The notes: generated from the sequence alone by a model not told the origin. A stretch of DNA of 64,000 nucleotides from Candidatus Oxydemutatoraceae bacterium (GCA_965220085.1 CBDCOZ010000003.1:1184001-1248000), one strand, 5' to 3'; counted from the first letter of the stretch, positions 9,745 to 20,177 are shown. A program made the numbers and translations.

Positions 9745-10953
9745 ATGAATAGAGCAGACGCTAACAACAAAACTTTATGCCCCCGGGCGCTGATTGGCGC
9801 AGCGCTCGGGTGTGTCCTGCTTTTCTCCGCGCCGACGCAGGCGGCCAAAGAGAACGTCGCCATAGTCTCCATCATCGGCAACAACTTCACATCGGTCTCT
9901 GTCGCCGGCACGGCATTCAACATAGACAAGCACACTGCCAAAGTAAAGCCATGGCAAATAGATCGCTTCGTCACAACGACGATTGAAGACATCCTCGCCG
10001 AGAGCAAAAGCCTTCGCGTCAAAAATATCCGCATCAAACGCAAACCGCTGGCGAAAATATACGACACCAGCAAACACGGGTTTCTCGAAGAGGGCGACTA
10101 TGACTTGGATCAAATCGCCGATGTCATGCCGCGTCTGCGCGACAAGCAAATAGACAAACTGATACTGGTCATCGCATCCAAACTGTATGACCCGCTGCTC
10201 GATGCCAATACGGAATTCAGAGGCTACGGCATGTATCTCAACACCGCGTTTATAGAAAAATATTTCCTCTACGCGTATTTCAAAATACTGATTATCAATA
10301 CCGCCGATAACGAACTGCAACACGAAGAGGACATCCTCGCTTACCGGCCGATTGCCAAAAAGCGCTGGGCGTTTGACCTCGGCCAAACATCGGAGGCTCA
10401 CAAACGCGGTGTGCGCAACGCATTGAAACGGATGATGACAGAGAACATCGCGGTCGCACTGGCCAACGCCGGCGTCATCGCGCCGTCGCTTGTGCGCAAA
10501 CGGCAGGAAACAGAAAAAGCCGGGAAGCGCAAGAAGGGCATCAAGGGGATGCGAATCTCCGCAACCGACGAATACGTGCAAGCGATTAAGCGCGCATATC
10601 TGGCGCTGGACATGCGCCGGGTGTTTGAACGATACGCCCGCGAGTGGGTCGGCGGCAACACCGAGTTATACGCCGATACGATTCGCGATTGGGTGGACGA
10701 CCGCTTCGGCTGGAATAAAGTGCGCAGACCGCTGGTGCTGATGTATAGCAGACTCGGCCTGTCGGCGGATGAAATTAACGATCTGGCGGACCTCGCCGAA
10801 GGCAGCAGTGCGCCGCCGACCCGGGAAGAGATGCAGTCACTGCGCGGAATATGGGATGCGCTCGCCGACCGCGCCGCCCGCCGCTCCTTGCGCCAAGCAA
10901 TCAAACAACGCAGACAACTGATTATCCGCGAAGGCGAACGCCTCCGGCAATAG
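9745..10953 (+). CDS. Hypothetical exported protein
   Basis: ~400-aa ORF with a signal peptide (APTQA-AK); no family recognised. Confidence 0.65.
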   Translation: MNRADANNKTLCPRALIGAALGCVLLFSAPTQAAKENVAIVSIIGNNFTSVSVAGTAFNIDKHTAKVKPWQIDRFVTTTIEDILAESKSLRVKNIRIKRKPLAKIYDTSKHGFLEEGDYDLDQIADVMPRLRDKQIDKLILVIASKLYDPLLDANTEFRGYGMYLNTAFIEKYFLYAYFKILIINTADNELQHEEDILAYRPIAKKRWAFDLGQTSEAHKRGVRNALKRMMTENIAVALANAGVIAPSLVRKRQETEKAGKRKKGIKGMRISATDEYVQAIKRAYLALDMRRVFERYAREWVGGNTELYADTIRDWVDDRFGWNKVRRPLVLMYSRLGLSADEINDLADLAEGSSAPPTREEMQSLRGIWDALADRAARRSLRQAIKQRRQLIIREGERLRQ

Positions 10954-11015
10954 CCCCGCCAACTAACACTTCTCCTCACCGCATCGTCCTTTGCCTTTGG
11001 CTCGGACTCTGCGAC

Positions 11016-11535
11016 TGACTCTCCCGCAAGGGGAGAGCACAACCAACACTCCCCCTCGCGGGGGAGTCGGCAAGCGAAGCGAGCCGGAGAGGGGGCGCTT
11101 CCCCTCTGTAGGGAAGTCAGCGAGTCAAAGGCACTGACTAGCAGGCGGCTTGGCGGTAGCGACTCCGACATTCTTCCCTTGCGGTAAGTGCTCGCACGAA
11201 CACACTCTCCGTCCGTGTAGGGGAGTCGGCAAGTCAAAGGCACTGACTAGCAGGTGGCTTGGCGGTAGCGACTCCGACATTCTTCCCTTGCGGTAAGTGC
11301 TCGCACGAACACACTCTGTTCGTGCAGGGAAGTCAGCGAGTCAAGGGAGCTGACTAGCAGGCGACTTGGCGGTAGCGACTCCGACACTCTTCCCTTGCGG
11401 TAAGTGCTCGCACGAACACGCTCCGTTCGTGCAGGGAAGTCAGCGAGTCAAAGGCGCTGACTAGCAGGCGACTTGGCGGTAGCGACCCCGACACGCTCCT
11501 CTCGCACTATCCCCGCAGGCTATCGGAGAAAGGGG
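11016..11535. repeat. REP-like cluster containing four tandem 107-109 bp units
   Basis: CTGACTAGCAGG at 11134, 11243, 11350 and 11457; hairpins CTCTCCCGCAAGGGGAGAG and CTCCCCCTCGCGGGGGAG. Confidence 0.9.
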
Positions 11536-11595
11536 AATGACAGAAAACCCTTTGCAATACACGGTTTCCGCCCCTATTGCCATATCAAGATGTTA

Positions 11596-11610
11596 TGTTA
11601 TACTATAACA
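11596..11610. promoter_or_regulatory. Zur box
   Basis: Perfect palindrome TGTTATA-C-TATAACA matching the gammaproteobacterial Zur consensus, 30 bp upstream of zur. Confidence 0.85.
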
Positions 11611-11639
11611 ATAGTAACAAAACTAACTCTTACTAAAAC

Positions 11640-12101
11640 ATGCCTACTCACAGCACCGACAAATCTCGCATTGAGCGATCCGTGCGCAAAGCGGACGCAA
11701 TCTGTCGCGACAAAGGACTGCGCTTCACCGCACTGCGGCGCAAGGTGCTGGAAATAATCTGGGCCAACAGAACCCCGATCAAAGCCTACGACATTCTGGA
11801 CACACTCAAAGGCAAAAGCGCTTCGGCCAAACCGCCGACCGTATATCGGACATTGGACTTCCTGTTAGAAAACGGATTGATCCACAAACTGAACAGCCGC
11901 AATGCATACGTCGGTTGCCCGCATCCTCTTGAGCACGGCGAATGCTATTTCCTGATTTGCGAAAAATGCGGAAGGGCCGAAGAACATTGCGACAGCGATT
12001 TGAATGATGCCATCACACGCACCATCGATAAGAACAAATTTCGCCATACGCATACGAACCTGGAAATTGAAGGAGAATGCCGCCGCTGCGCGGGCAGATA
12101 A
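11640..12101 (+). CDS. zur: Zinc uptake regulator (Fur family)
   Basis: RFTALRRKVL, KPPTVYRTLDFL and two CxxC pairs; precedes znuCB. Confidence 0.92.
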   Translation: MPTHSTDKSRIERSVRKADAICRDKGLRFTALRRKVLEIIWANRTPIKAYDILDTLKGKSASAKPPTVYRTLDFLLENGLIHKLNSRNAYVGCPHPLEHGECYFLICEKCGRAEEHCDSDLNDAITRTIDKNKFRHTHTNLEIEGECRRCAGR

Positions 12102-12349
12102 TCGCTATGGACACACTGATAAAAGCACAAAACATAACCGTCACACGCCAGGACAAGGACATCCTCAAAGATGTATCCGTCAACCTGCGATAAGAACAAA
12201 TTTCGCCATACATTTATGAATTTAGAAACTAAAGGAGGGCGCCGCCGCTGCGCGGACAAACAATCATTATGAACACACTGATAAAAGCACAAAACATAAC
12301 CGTCACACGTCAGGGCAAGGACATCCTCAAAGATGTATCCATCGATCTG
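12026..12349 (+). repeat. Diverged 162-bp tandem duplication of the zur 3' end / znuC 5' end junction
   Basis: CGATAAGAACAAATTTCGCCATAC at 12026 and 12188; the first copy leaves a 28-codon false znuC start at 12107. Confidence 0.9.
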
Positions 12350-13000
12350 GTGCGCGAGGACTTTATGACCGTCGTCGGCCCCAATGGCGCCGGCAAATCC
12401 ATGCTGCTCAAATGTCTGATGGGGTTTTATCCGCCGGACAGCGGCGCTATTGAGCGCAGCAAGAATCTCAAAACCGGTTATGTTCCGCAATCTCTGCTGC
12501 TAGACCACAGGATGCCAATTAGCGCAGAGCGTTTTCTCACTCTGCATAAGACAATCAACCCCGAAGATCTGCGCGTGACAGTGCATGAGACCGGTATTGA
12601 GCACACGCTCGAGCAACCGCTTGCGGTGTTGTCCGGCGGCGAGTTGCAACGGGTGCTGCTCGCCCGCAGTTTGCTCGGCAACCCCGAACTCCTGATTCTT
12701 GATGAGCCCGCGCAAAATCTGGACATTTCCGGCCAGATTGCTTTTTACAAACTGCTGCAACGCATCTACGCCGAACGTTCTCTGACCATTCTCATGGTCT
12801 CGCACGACTTACACATGGTGATGGCCGCGACTAAAAAAGTGGTGTGCCTGTTTCATCACATATGCTGTTCGGGAGAGCCGCACACGGTTACCAAAGACCC
12901 TGAATTTATCTCGCTTTTTGGCGACGATATGAGCAAGATGCTGGCGGTATATCAGCATCACCACGACCACACCCACACCGAAGGAGGCGACCATGTTTGA
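12269..13000 (+). CDS. znuC: Zinc ABC transporter ATP-binding protein
   Basis: Walker A GPNGAGKS, LSGGELQRVLLAR, HHICCSGEP and His-rich tail. Confidence 0.93.
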   Translation: MNTLIKAQNITVTRQGKDILKDVSIDLVREDFMTVVGPNGAGKSMLLKCLMGFYPPDSGAIERSKNLKTGYVPQSLLLDHRMPISAERFLTLHKTINPEDLRVTVHETGIEHTLEQPLAVLSGGELQRVLLARSLLGNPELLILDEPAQNLDISGQIAFYKLLQRIYAERSLTILMVSHDLHMVMAATKKVVCLFHHICCSGEPHTVTKDPEFISLFGDDMSKMLAVYQHHHDHTHTEGGDHV

Positions 13001-14012
13001 ATCATCTGTTTTGTATGGCATTGCGGCGGGTGTCGGCATCGCTCTGATTGCCGGCGTCGTTGGCTGTTTTATAGTATGGCGGCGAATGGCGTACTTTGGC
13101 GATGCGCTCGCCCACAGTGCGTTGCTCGGTATCGCGCTCGGATTAGTTGCCGGCATCAGCGCCGACATCGGCGTCCTCATCAGTTCGGCAGCATTTGCGG
13201 TCTTGCTGTTATGGTTGCAACAAAAGAAAGTGTTGGCGACCGACACACTCCTTGGCATCCTCGCGCATGCGTCATTATCGATTGGCATAGTTACCATCAG
13301 CCTGATACAGCGATATAAAGAACAGGCGGGGCATGCGGGGCATGCAGATCATGCCGAGCATGAAGGCCACGCAGAACATGCGGGGCATGCAGATCACGCC
13401 GAGCATGAAGCTCACGCAGAACATGCGGGGCATGCAGATTACGCCGAGCATGAAGGCCACGCAGAACATGAGGGGCATGCCGGTCACGCGAATCATGCCG
13501 GGCATGAGGGCCATGCGGGCCACGCCGACGACGGGCATATGGACCTGCATGCATATCTATTCGGCGACATTCTCGCGATCACACCGTACGAAATAGCCTG
13601 GATATATATCGGCGGCGGCCTGTTGCTGACCGCGCTAATAGCCAACTGGTCGTCGCTGGTGTTAATGACAATTCACAAAGACTTGGCACAAGCTGAGAAT
13701 GTGCGCGTATTCCTCATGCACATCCTGCTTATATCGGCGATGGCTATCGTCGTCGCACTCGCCATGCGCACGATCGGCATCCTGCTGATTGCCTCGCTGT
13801 TGATTATTCCCGCCGCAACCGCCCGCCAACTGGCGCGTTCGCCGGAAGCGATGGTCATCGTCGCATCACTGCTCGGTATCGTCGCGGTTCTCATCGGAGT
13901 GAACATCGCCGCCCACTTTGAGATTCCGTCGGGCGCCGCTATCGTCGCCACCTCGTCGGTCTTATTCATGCTGCTATTCCCGCTGTCCGGCTGGCTGACA
14001 AAGCGAGGCTAA
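12993..14012 (+). CDS. znuB: Zinc ABC transporter permease with a ~70-aa His-rich insert
   Basis: WRRMAYFGDALAH, DTLLGILAH, YLFGDILA and LLIIPAATAR motifs; HxxHxx repeats at ~13330-13545. Confidence 0.92.
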   Translation: MFESSVLYGIAAGVGIALIAGVVGCFIVWRRMAYFGDALAHSALLGIALGLVAGISADIGVLISSAAFAVLLLWLQQKKVLATDTLLGILAHASLSIGIVTISLIQRYKEQAGHAGHADHAEHEGHAEHAGHADHAEHEAHAEHAGHADYAEHEGHAEHEGHAGHANHAGHEGHAGHADDGHMDLHAYLFGDILAITPYEIAWIYIGGGLLLTALIANWSSLVLMTIHKDLAQAENVRVFLMHILLISAMAIVVALAMRTIGILLIASLLIIPAATARQLARSPEAMVIVASLLGIVAVLIGVNIAAHFEIPSGAAIVATSSVLFMLLFPLSGWLTKRG

Positions 14013-14034
14013 CGCGCAAGACCTCCTTGCAGTA

Positions 14035-14435
14035 AGCGCTCGCACCCGCCAACACTCCCCTCTCGCGGGGGGAGTCGGCTTGACTGATGTCGCGCAAGAC
14101 CGCGCGCATCCACACACTCTCCCTCGCGGGGGAGTCGGCTTGACTGATGTCGCGCAAGACCGTGCGCATCCACACACTCCCCCTCGCGGGGGAGTCGGCG
14201 AGTCAAGGGGCTGGCTGGCAGATGGCCTGACGGCAGTTGCTCCGACACGCTCCTCCCAAACTATCCCCGCAAGCTGCCGGAGAAGGGGAGGAAGCAGACT
14301 TCAACGAACTTCGTGCCTTCGCCAAACTTCCCCCCATCCTTCGCCTACGGCTTGGACTTTGCTACTCCCCCACAAGGAGAGGGCAGCGGTAACACGCTCC
14401 TCTCGCGCTATCCCCGCAAGCTGCCGGAGAAGGAA
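14035..14435. repeat. REP-like cluster including a 60-bp tandem duplication
   Basis: CTCGCGGGGGAGTCGGC at 60-bp period (~14063, 14123, 14183); CTATCCCCGCAAGCTGCCGGAGAAGG occurs twice. Confidence 0.85.
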
Positions 14436-14509
14436 AATGCACGCGCCGGATATGCTCGCTAATCAAGTGACGATTTGACCTTGCCGCCGATAGCGGCGAT
14501 AATTTTTTC

Positions 14510-14872
14510 ATGAACAAACAACCCCGCGAGCCGACAAAGCTGCCGGCGCTGACTGATGTAGAGCGCGATGAAGAAGGCTTTCTGCTCAATGCGCAAGAGT
14601 GGCACGAAGGCATGATAGAGCCGCTCGCAAAAGAAATGGAAATTACCCTCACACCCGAACATCTGGAGATCGTGCGCTATGTCCGCAATTATTTTGAAGA
14701 ACGCCAGACGGTTCCCGAGTCGCGCACGTTGCTCAAGCACTTAAAAGAAGCATGGGGTTCCGAGAAAGCCACCCGCCGCTACCTGTACCGTCTGTTTCCC
14801 TATGGCTACGGCCAGCAGGCTTGCAAGATTGCGGGGATGACCAAGCCGCGCAAACTGATGCTGGATGTTTAA
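14510..14872 (+). CDS. TusE/DsrC-family sulfur relay protein
   Basis: DEEGFLLN...W, LYRLFPYG and ACKIAGMTKP motifs; lacks the terminal Cys of canonical TusE/DsrC. Confidence 0.8.
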   Translation: MNKQPREPTKLPALTDVERDEEGFLLNAQEWHEGMIEPLAKEMEITLTPEHLEIVRYVRNYFEERQTVPESRTLLKHLKEAWGSEKATRRYLYRLFPYGYGQQACKIAGMTKPRKLMLDV

Positions 14873-14919
14873 CTTGGGGGGAGTGCCAGCAAGCCTCCTC
14901 CTCGCAGCAGCGCTTGCAC

Positions 14920-14995
14920 GAACACACTCCCCCCTCGCGGGGGAGTCGGCGAGCCAAGGGCGTAGCCCGCAGGCTGCCGGAGAGGGGGAGGAGGG
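14920..14995 (+). repeat. REP-like element
   Basis: CACTCCCCCCTCGCGGGGGAGTCGGCGAGCCAAGGGCGTAGCCCGCAGGCTGCCGGAGAGGGGGAG between convergent genes. Confidence 0.8.
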
Positions 14996-15014
14996 AGCGG
15001 TGCCGGTGTCGGCT

Positions 15015-15836
15015 TTACACGCCGAGAGCGAGCCAGTAGCCGCCCCAGACGATCATAACCACGCCGGTAACTGTGCGCCCGATGCCGATCGGAATCAGCG
15101 TCTTTTCAAAAAAGATGAACAGCGTCAGCGCCAGCAACCAGAGCATATTCATCATACCGACGGCAAGCATGATCAACATCAGCGCCCAGCAACAGCCGAC
15201 GCAAAAGAGTCCGTGCCCGGCGCCGAGCCGCAACGCCGCGACATAACCGTCGCGCCAACGCGGCACGAGATAGCCCATCGGCATCTGGCAATGCTTCAAG
15301 CACGCTTCCTTCAGCGGCGTCCACTGGTATATGCCGGCAATTAACAGAATCACCCCGCTCAAAAGATAGCTGTCGCTCTCCATCGCCGGCGTAATCAGTT
15401 GCTCGACATGCAGGTAATACTGCAAAACCGTCGCAAACACGCTGTACACAGCCCACGCGAGCAGATAGCCCAGCACAAACACAAAAGTCGGCGCGGCAAC
15501 CCCGCCTTGCATGCGCTTAGTCGCGCTGATGTTGGCATACAACGCGACAAAGGGAACCACCGCCGGCAACATCATCGCCAGCATCATCATCACCCACATC
15601 ACAAACAGCATCGCAAAATCAAACGCCGTCCACACAGCGTCGCTGCCGTGCGGCGGCGACCACAAGCCGCCGTGCGAATGCGCGGCGTGCACACCGGTTG
15701 CGGAAGAATCGGCCGTCCACGCCATGTAAGAAAAATAGACCCAGCCAATCAGCAACAAGCCGCCGATGATCGCAAAGACCGTGCGCGCCAGTTGCGGCGG
15801 CAAAGTTCTTATCGGCATCCAGTCGTAGGAAATCAT
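15015..15836 (-). CDS. DUF2182-family metal-binding integral membrane protein
   Basis: MWVMMMLAMMLP, YQWTPLKEACLKHC and CVGCCWALM motifs. Confidence 0.88.
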   Translation of the reverse strand: MISYDWMPIRTLPPQLARTVFAIIGGLLLIGWVYFSYMAWTADSSATGVHAAHSHGGLWSPPHGSDAVWTAFDFAMLFVMWVMMMLAMMLPAVVPFVALYANISATKRMQGGVAAPTFVFVLGYLLAWAVYSVFATVLQYYLHVEQLITPAMESDSYLLSGVILLIAGIYQWTPLKEACLKHCQMPMGYLVPRWRDGYVAALRLGAGHGLFCVGCCWALMLIMLAVGMMNMLWLLALTLFIFFEKTLIPIGIGRTVTGVVMIVWGGYWLALGV

Positions 15837-16057
15837 CGGTACGCAGTAATCTATGAAACGGTATCAATAGGGAGTCATTTTAACCTATCCCGCGCCCGAT
15901 AAGGCACAACAACTGCTTGCCAGAGAGGGGGCTCCCGCACCCGGCGCGCCCCCCGCAAAAGCAAGCCCAGAGCGGCGATTCGGCGCATTATAGCCCGCGG
16001 GCTGATAGGAATCTCCCTATATGGTAGAATGAATCCATTCAATTCACAGGAGGAATT

Positions 16058-16663
16058 ATGTCTGATTGGAATATGAAAGGACACTACTTTGAAGCATGCT
16101 CATGCGATGTCGTCTGCCCCTGTATCTTTCTCAAAGACCCGACCCAAGGGATTTGTGAAGGCTACTTAGTGTGGCGCATAGATGACGGCCATCTGGAAGG
16201 CGTGCAACTCGGCGGCTTAAATGTCGCGGTTGCGCTGCACGCCGGCGGCAACCTGACCAAGGGCGGGCTGAAGTTCGTGTTCTATATTGATAAGAAAGCC
16301 AGTGACGAGCAGGTTGCGGCATTGACCAAGATTTTCAAAGGCGAAGTTGGCGGACATCCGGCAGTTATCGCGGGACTTGGCGATGGCAATGCCAGCTTTG
16401 AAACCGCTGAGATGAAAGTCTCGTGCGAGGACAAAGTCAAAACGCTTGAAATCGTCGGTGTCGGCGGCATCTCGATGACCGCGCTGACTGGCGGCGATGA
16501 AAGCAAACCGGTAGTAGTGGACAACAATCCGCTCGCCGTCTCGCCCGGCCAACCGGTCACCATCCACGATGTGGAAAATGTTGACCATGACCACGGTGGG
16601 ATGCAGTTCAAGTACGCGGGTACTGGCGGCTTATCGGCGCCGTTTGAGTACGCTGCCGGTTAA
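16058..16663 (+). CDS. DUF1326-family protein
   Basis: G.YFEACSCDVVCPC N-terminal Cys motif; AGGAGG RBS; usual genomic partner of DUF2182. Confidence 0.85.
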   Translation: MSDWNMKGHYFEACSCDVVCPCIFLKDPTQGICEGYLVWRIDDGHLEGVQLGGLNVAVALHAGGNLTKGGLKFVFYIDKKASDEQVAALTKIFKGEVGGHPAVIAGLGDGNASFETAEMKVSCEDKVKTLEIVGVGGISMTALTGGDESKPVVVDNNPLAVSPGQPVTIHDVENVDHDHGGMQFKYAGTGGLSAPFEYAAG

Positions 16664-16685
16664 GGCAAGCTCAGGCGATGCAAAC

Positions 16686-16719
16686 AAAAAATCCCCGCCT
16701 GTGCGCGGGGATTTTTTTT
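16686..16719. terminator. Bidirectional rho-independent terminator
   Basis: AAAAAATCCCCGC-CTGTGC-GCGGGGATTTTTTT. Confidence 0.85.
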
Positions 16720-16846
16720 GCCAAGACCGAACTGCCCGCCTTGCCGAGGAAAGCTCGCATACTGCGCCGGAGCCATTCTTGCCGTTGCCCCGAAACTGAT
16801 TGACTGTATATAATTTGATGCGACCCTATCATGAACCGACAGTTGT

Positions 16847-18424
16847 ATGAAAACAAAACCAAATGACAAAATTAAGACAAGGCCGAGCGAGTATGCGGAA
16901 AAGCGCGGCCTTGATTATATTAAGTCTCAGTCCCAAGTCGCCATTAACGATTTGGGGCAGTATCATACTCCGCCGGCAGTCGCCGAATTTATTGCTAAAA
17001 ACTTCGACCTCACAAAAATACCCGATGTCATCAGAGTATTAGATCCCGGAGCAGGGGCGGGAATTCTCTCGTGTGCTCTTTGTGAACAGTTGGCTCATGG
17101 AAAGAATCGGCCAAAAGAAATCAACCTTACCGCATATGAAATTGACGAAGCCATTATCCCGACTCTGGAAAAAGTTTGCGCTCACTTGAAAAAATGGCTC
17201 TGCCAAAATGATATAGAACTGAAAGTCAAAATTCATAATAAAGACTTCGTTCTCACAAATGCGGATATATTGAGCGGGGCTTTCCAAGAAAAGCTATTCA
17301 TTCCCCATAAAGAAGGGAAATTTGACTTGGTTGTGGCTAATCCGCCTTATTTCAAAATATCAAAATCTGATCCCAGAGCAAGAGTTGCCTCATCAATAGT
17401 TCATGGTCAACCGAATATCTATGCGTTATTCATGGCGGTTGCAGCCGAACTTTTAAAGACGAGCGGACAACTTGGCTTTATTACTCCTCGCAGCTACGCC
17501 TCGGGCTTATATTTCAAAAAGTTTAGGCAAAGTTTTTTCACGCATATGAGACCTTTCTTCATTCATATATTCGAACTGAGAGATAAAGTTTTTGGCAAAG
17601 ACAATGTGTTACAAGAGAATGTTATCCTTCACGCAACCAAGGCAGGGAAGTCTGATGTATCCGAACATAACGTAAGAGTATCAAGCAGTAACAATTTGAA
17701 AGACACAGACCGAGCAAGCGTTATCAATATTCCGTTATCGGAGGTAATGACACATCGGAACGGACACATACTCCGCATCCCGACACAGGCCGCGCATCGT
17801 AATATCGTTAAACTTATCGCTTCTTGGAATCAAAATTTGCATTCGCTGTGACTTGAGGTCTCAACCGGCCCGATTGTCGCATTTCGCGCAAAACGATTCC
17901 TTGAGTCTGAGCGCGCTCATGATTCGTATGCCCCTCTGTTATGGCTGCACAATGTCAGGCCCATGAAGGTACTTTGGCCGGTTGACTCGAGAAAGCCAAA
18001 ATACGTAGCAGTCAGCGAAGAATCCGGCAACATTTTATTGCCTAATAGAAACTATGTCTTGATAAGAAGGTTTAGCGCAAAGGAAGAAAAGAGACGGCTT
18101 GTTGCGGCTCCTCTGATACGGAAGAATATAAACTCCGAACATATTGGGATTGAAAACCACCTCAACTATATTTACCGGAAAGGCGGCCAGCTAAGCGAAG
18201 TCGAGACGACGGGTTTGGCGGCTATTTTGAGTAGCAGTCTCCTTGATTCCTACTTCAGGATTTTTAGCGGCAATACACAAGTCAGCGCGACAGAATTAAG
18301 AAATTTTCCGCTGCCGCCGCAACAAATTATCCGGAAGATTGGCGCAATGATACAAGAGCAAGGCATTGATTTTGATCAAGGCGATGAAAGAATTACCAGT
18401 GTAATCAGAGAATATGCCACGTAA
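16847..18424 (+). pseudogene. N6-adenine DNA methyltransferase (BsuBI/PstI-like type II), interrupted by one in-frame TGA at 17849-17851
   Basis: LGQYHTP, LDPGAGAG and NPPY motifs. The frame continues after the stop as LEVSTGPIVAFR...RRFSAKEEKRR...ENHLNY...GNTQVSATEL, in frame with ORF 17963-18424. Confidence 0.85.
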
Positions 18425-18473
18425 AAAAGACATCGATCAAAAAATTAAAGAAGCACAGAAAATATTACAAGAG
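18414..18473 (+). pseudogene. 5' stub of the cognate restriction endonuclease
   Basis: MPRKKDIDQKIKEAQKILQE overlaps the MTase stop as in BsuBI/PstI-type pairs. AT-rich sequence ends abruptly at the 3' end of the convergent FLEGPLR gene. Confidence 0.6.
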
Positions 18474-18486
18474 AGTGTCGCGCGCG

Positions 18487-19540
18487 CTATCGCAACGGGC
18501 CTTCAAGGAAGAGGCGCAAGCGCAAGCGCACAGGCACATGGTCCTCTGTCACCTGAGCGCCTATGCTACACAGCGGCCCTTCCGATGCGGGCGCGGAAAA
18601 CTGATCCTTGAAAGAAACGCAGGCGCGTACGTACTTGTCCACATCGGCCGGGAAGGGCGCGAAGTTCGAGGCAGTGACAGCGGTTGCCGCAACGCCCGCT
18701 ATGTCAGCATAGGCATCGGCTGCGGGAGCGCCATTGGCGGGCGCATCGGCCTGTTGCCACTGCCAACTCAGGGTGTCGACATTGATGCCGTTGTTCTCCG
18801 TCACACCGGCGATGGAAGCTCTGATCATGCCCGTGGCGGTGGTGACTGTGGGTGCGCCGCTGGCGGCCATCTGCGTGGATGCGCTCACCAGGTTGATGGT
18901 CATGATGGCGGAACTTCTATCAGACTGAAATATAAAAGTAAAGTCGGTATAGCCAGTGGCGATGGAAATAGCATCGGCAGGCGGGGCGTATCTGAAACGA
19001 AGATGATTCCCAGGGGGATTAGCGAAATCAAATGTGCCAAAGAAGGCAGTCTGTTCATGCAAACCCACATTGTCAGCAAGATCCCCGCCATCCCCTCTGG
19101 TCAAGGTGCCGCGATCAGGATAGGTTTCAAAGTACAGCGAGGTGTCCTGGGGGAAGCCGGGGAAGTCGGCCAATACGAAAAGGTGGCTGCCGCCAAGGGG
19201 GACATTAACGCTGCTGTCTTGGGCGGTTTGAGCGTTCGCCTGGGTTGCGCCCAATGTCAAAGACAATGCCAGCAGGCAACGCATGGCGCATCCGACCACG
19301 GTGCGGCCGGCGCCTGCCGCCCGCGCGAACGACGGGCGGACCACAACAGACCGCAACCGCAACAACAATCCGCGCACAGCCGGTGCGCACGGTCGCTTTG
19401 CGGATGGCGGGTTGCGATATGCGAGTGATAAAAAACGAGTGAGAAGGCGATACAGCGAAACGCCGACAATCCCCTTACCTACAAGGCTAGGGGGAGGGGG
19501 GGGGGGGGGGGGGGGTAGTGTTAAAAATTTGTCGATTCAT
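18487..19540 (-). CDS. Secreted Ig-like protein, FLEGPLR family member 1, frameshifted in a poly-C tract (OFF)
   Basis: AGGAGG-N7-ATG at 19540; G20 run at 19496-19515 gives MNRQIFNTTPPPPPPSP*. One base fewer joins the open frame through ...LGATQANA-Q to VRLRLRLFLEGPLR*. Confidence 0.75.
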
Positions 19541-20018
19541 ATCTAATCCTCCTATGACAAGTAAACGCGATAGTCTAACCATTGCCGGCACTATCACAAA
19601 TGTAAGCCATCCTATGGCACGTAAATGTGGTTGGGTAATCATTGTCGGCACTATATCACAAACATAAGCCATCCGCAAGTGCCTTTGGATTCTAGCCTCA
19701 CCCCTTTCCGGCTCAGGGTATTTGCACTATATATAGGCTGGCTACGAGGATGGTGTGCTATGCCGATGCGGGGTATTTACACTATATATATAGAGGATAT
19801 GGCGGCATTGCGACCCTCGCCGCTATTGCCATGCGAAAACAGCGACTAAACACCGCTGTTTACAACAGTTTCCGCTGTTGCCGGACAGAGCCAAGTACAT
19901 AAGCCCCGATATTCCCCGATATTTCATGACCGCTCAAGTTGTGTTAGTATGGCATTCTGTGTAGAATAAGCAATGCATGATTATCTGCATTGCAAAAAAG
20001 ATTAAGGATTAAACGGTT

Positions 20019-20137
20019 TGCCTGGCGGCTATAGAGCACTGGTACCACCCGATCCCATTCCGAACTCGGAAGTGAAACGGTGCATCGCCGATGGTAGTGT
20101 GGGGTCTCCCCATGCGAGAGTAGGACACTGCCAGGCG
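20019..20137 (+). rRNA. rrf: 5S rRNA (unlinked)
   Basis: TGCCTGGCGG...CCCGATCCCATTCCGAACTCGGAAGTGAAAC...CGCCGATGGTAGTGTGGGGTCTCCCCATGCGAGAGTAGG...CTGCCAGGC; canonical 5S with paired ends. Confidence 0.97.
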
Positions 20138-20177
20138 TTTATTCCGCTTCCCGTTGTTATTTCCCGGTACTACCGCC

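Noticed and set aside
12107-12193. 28-aa regulatory leader peptide before znuC
   Set aside because: It is fully explained as the truncated first copy of the 162-bp duplication and has no His/Cys sensing residues.
17849-17851. Genome-wide TGA recoding (Gly, Trp or Sec)
   Set aside because: Many conserved genes here end correctly at TGA (bfr, lepB, rnc, era, clpA, acpP). A single nonsense mutation is the simpler explanation.
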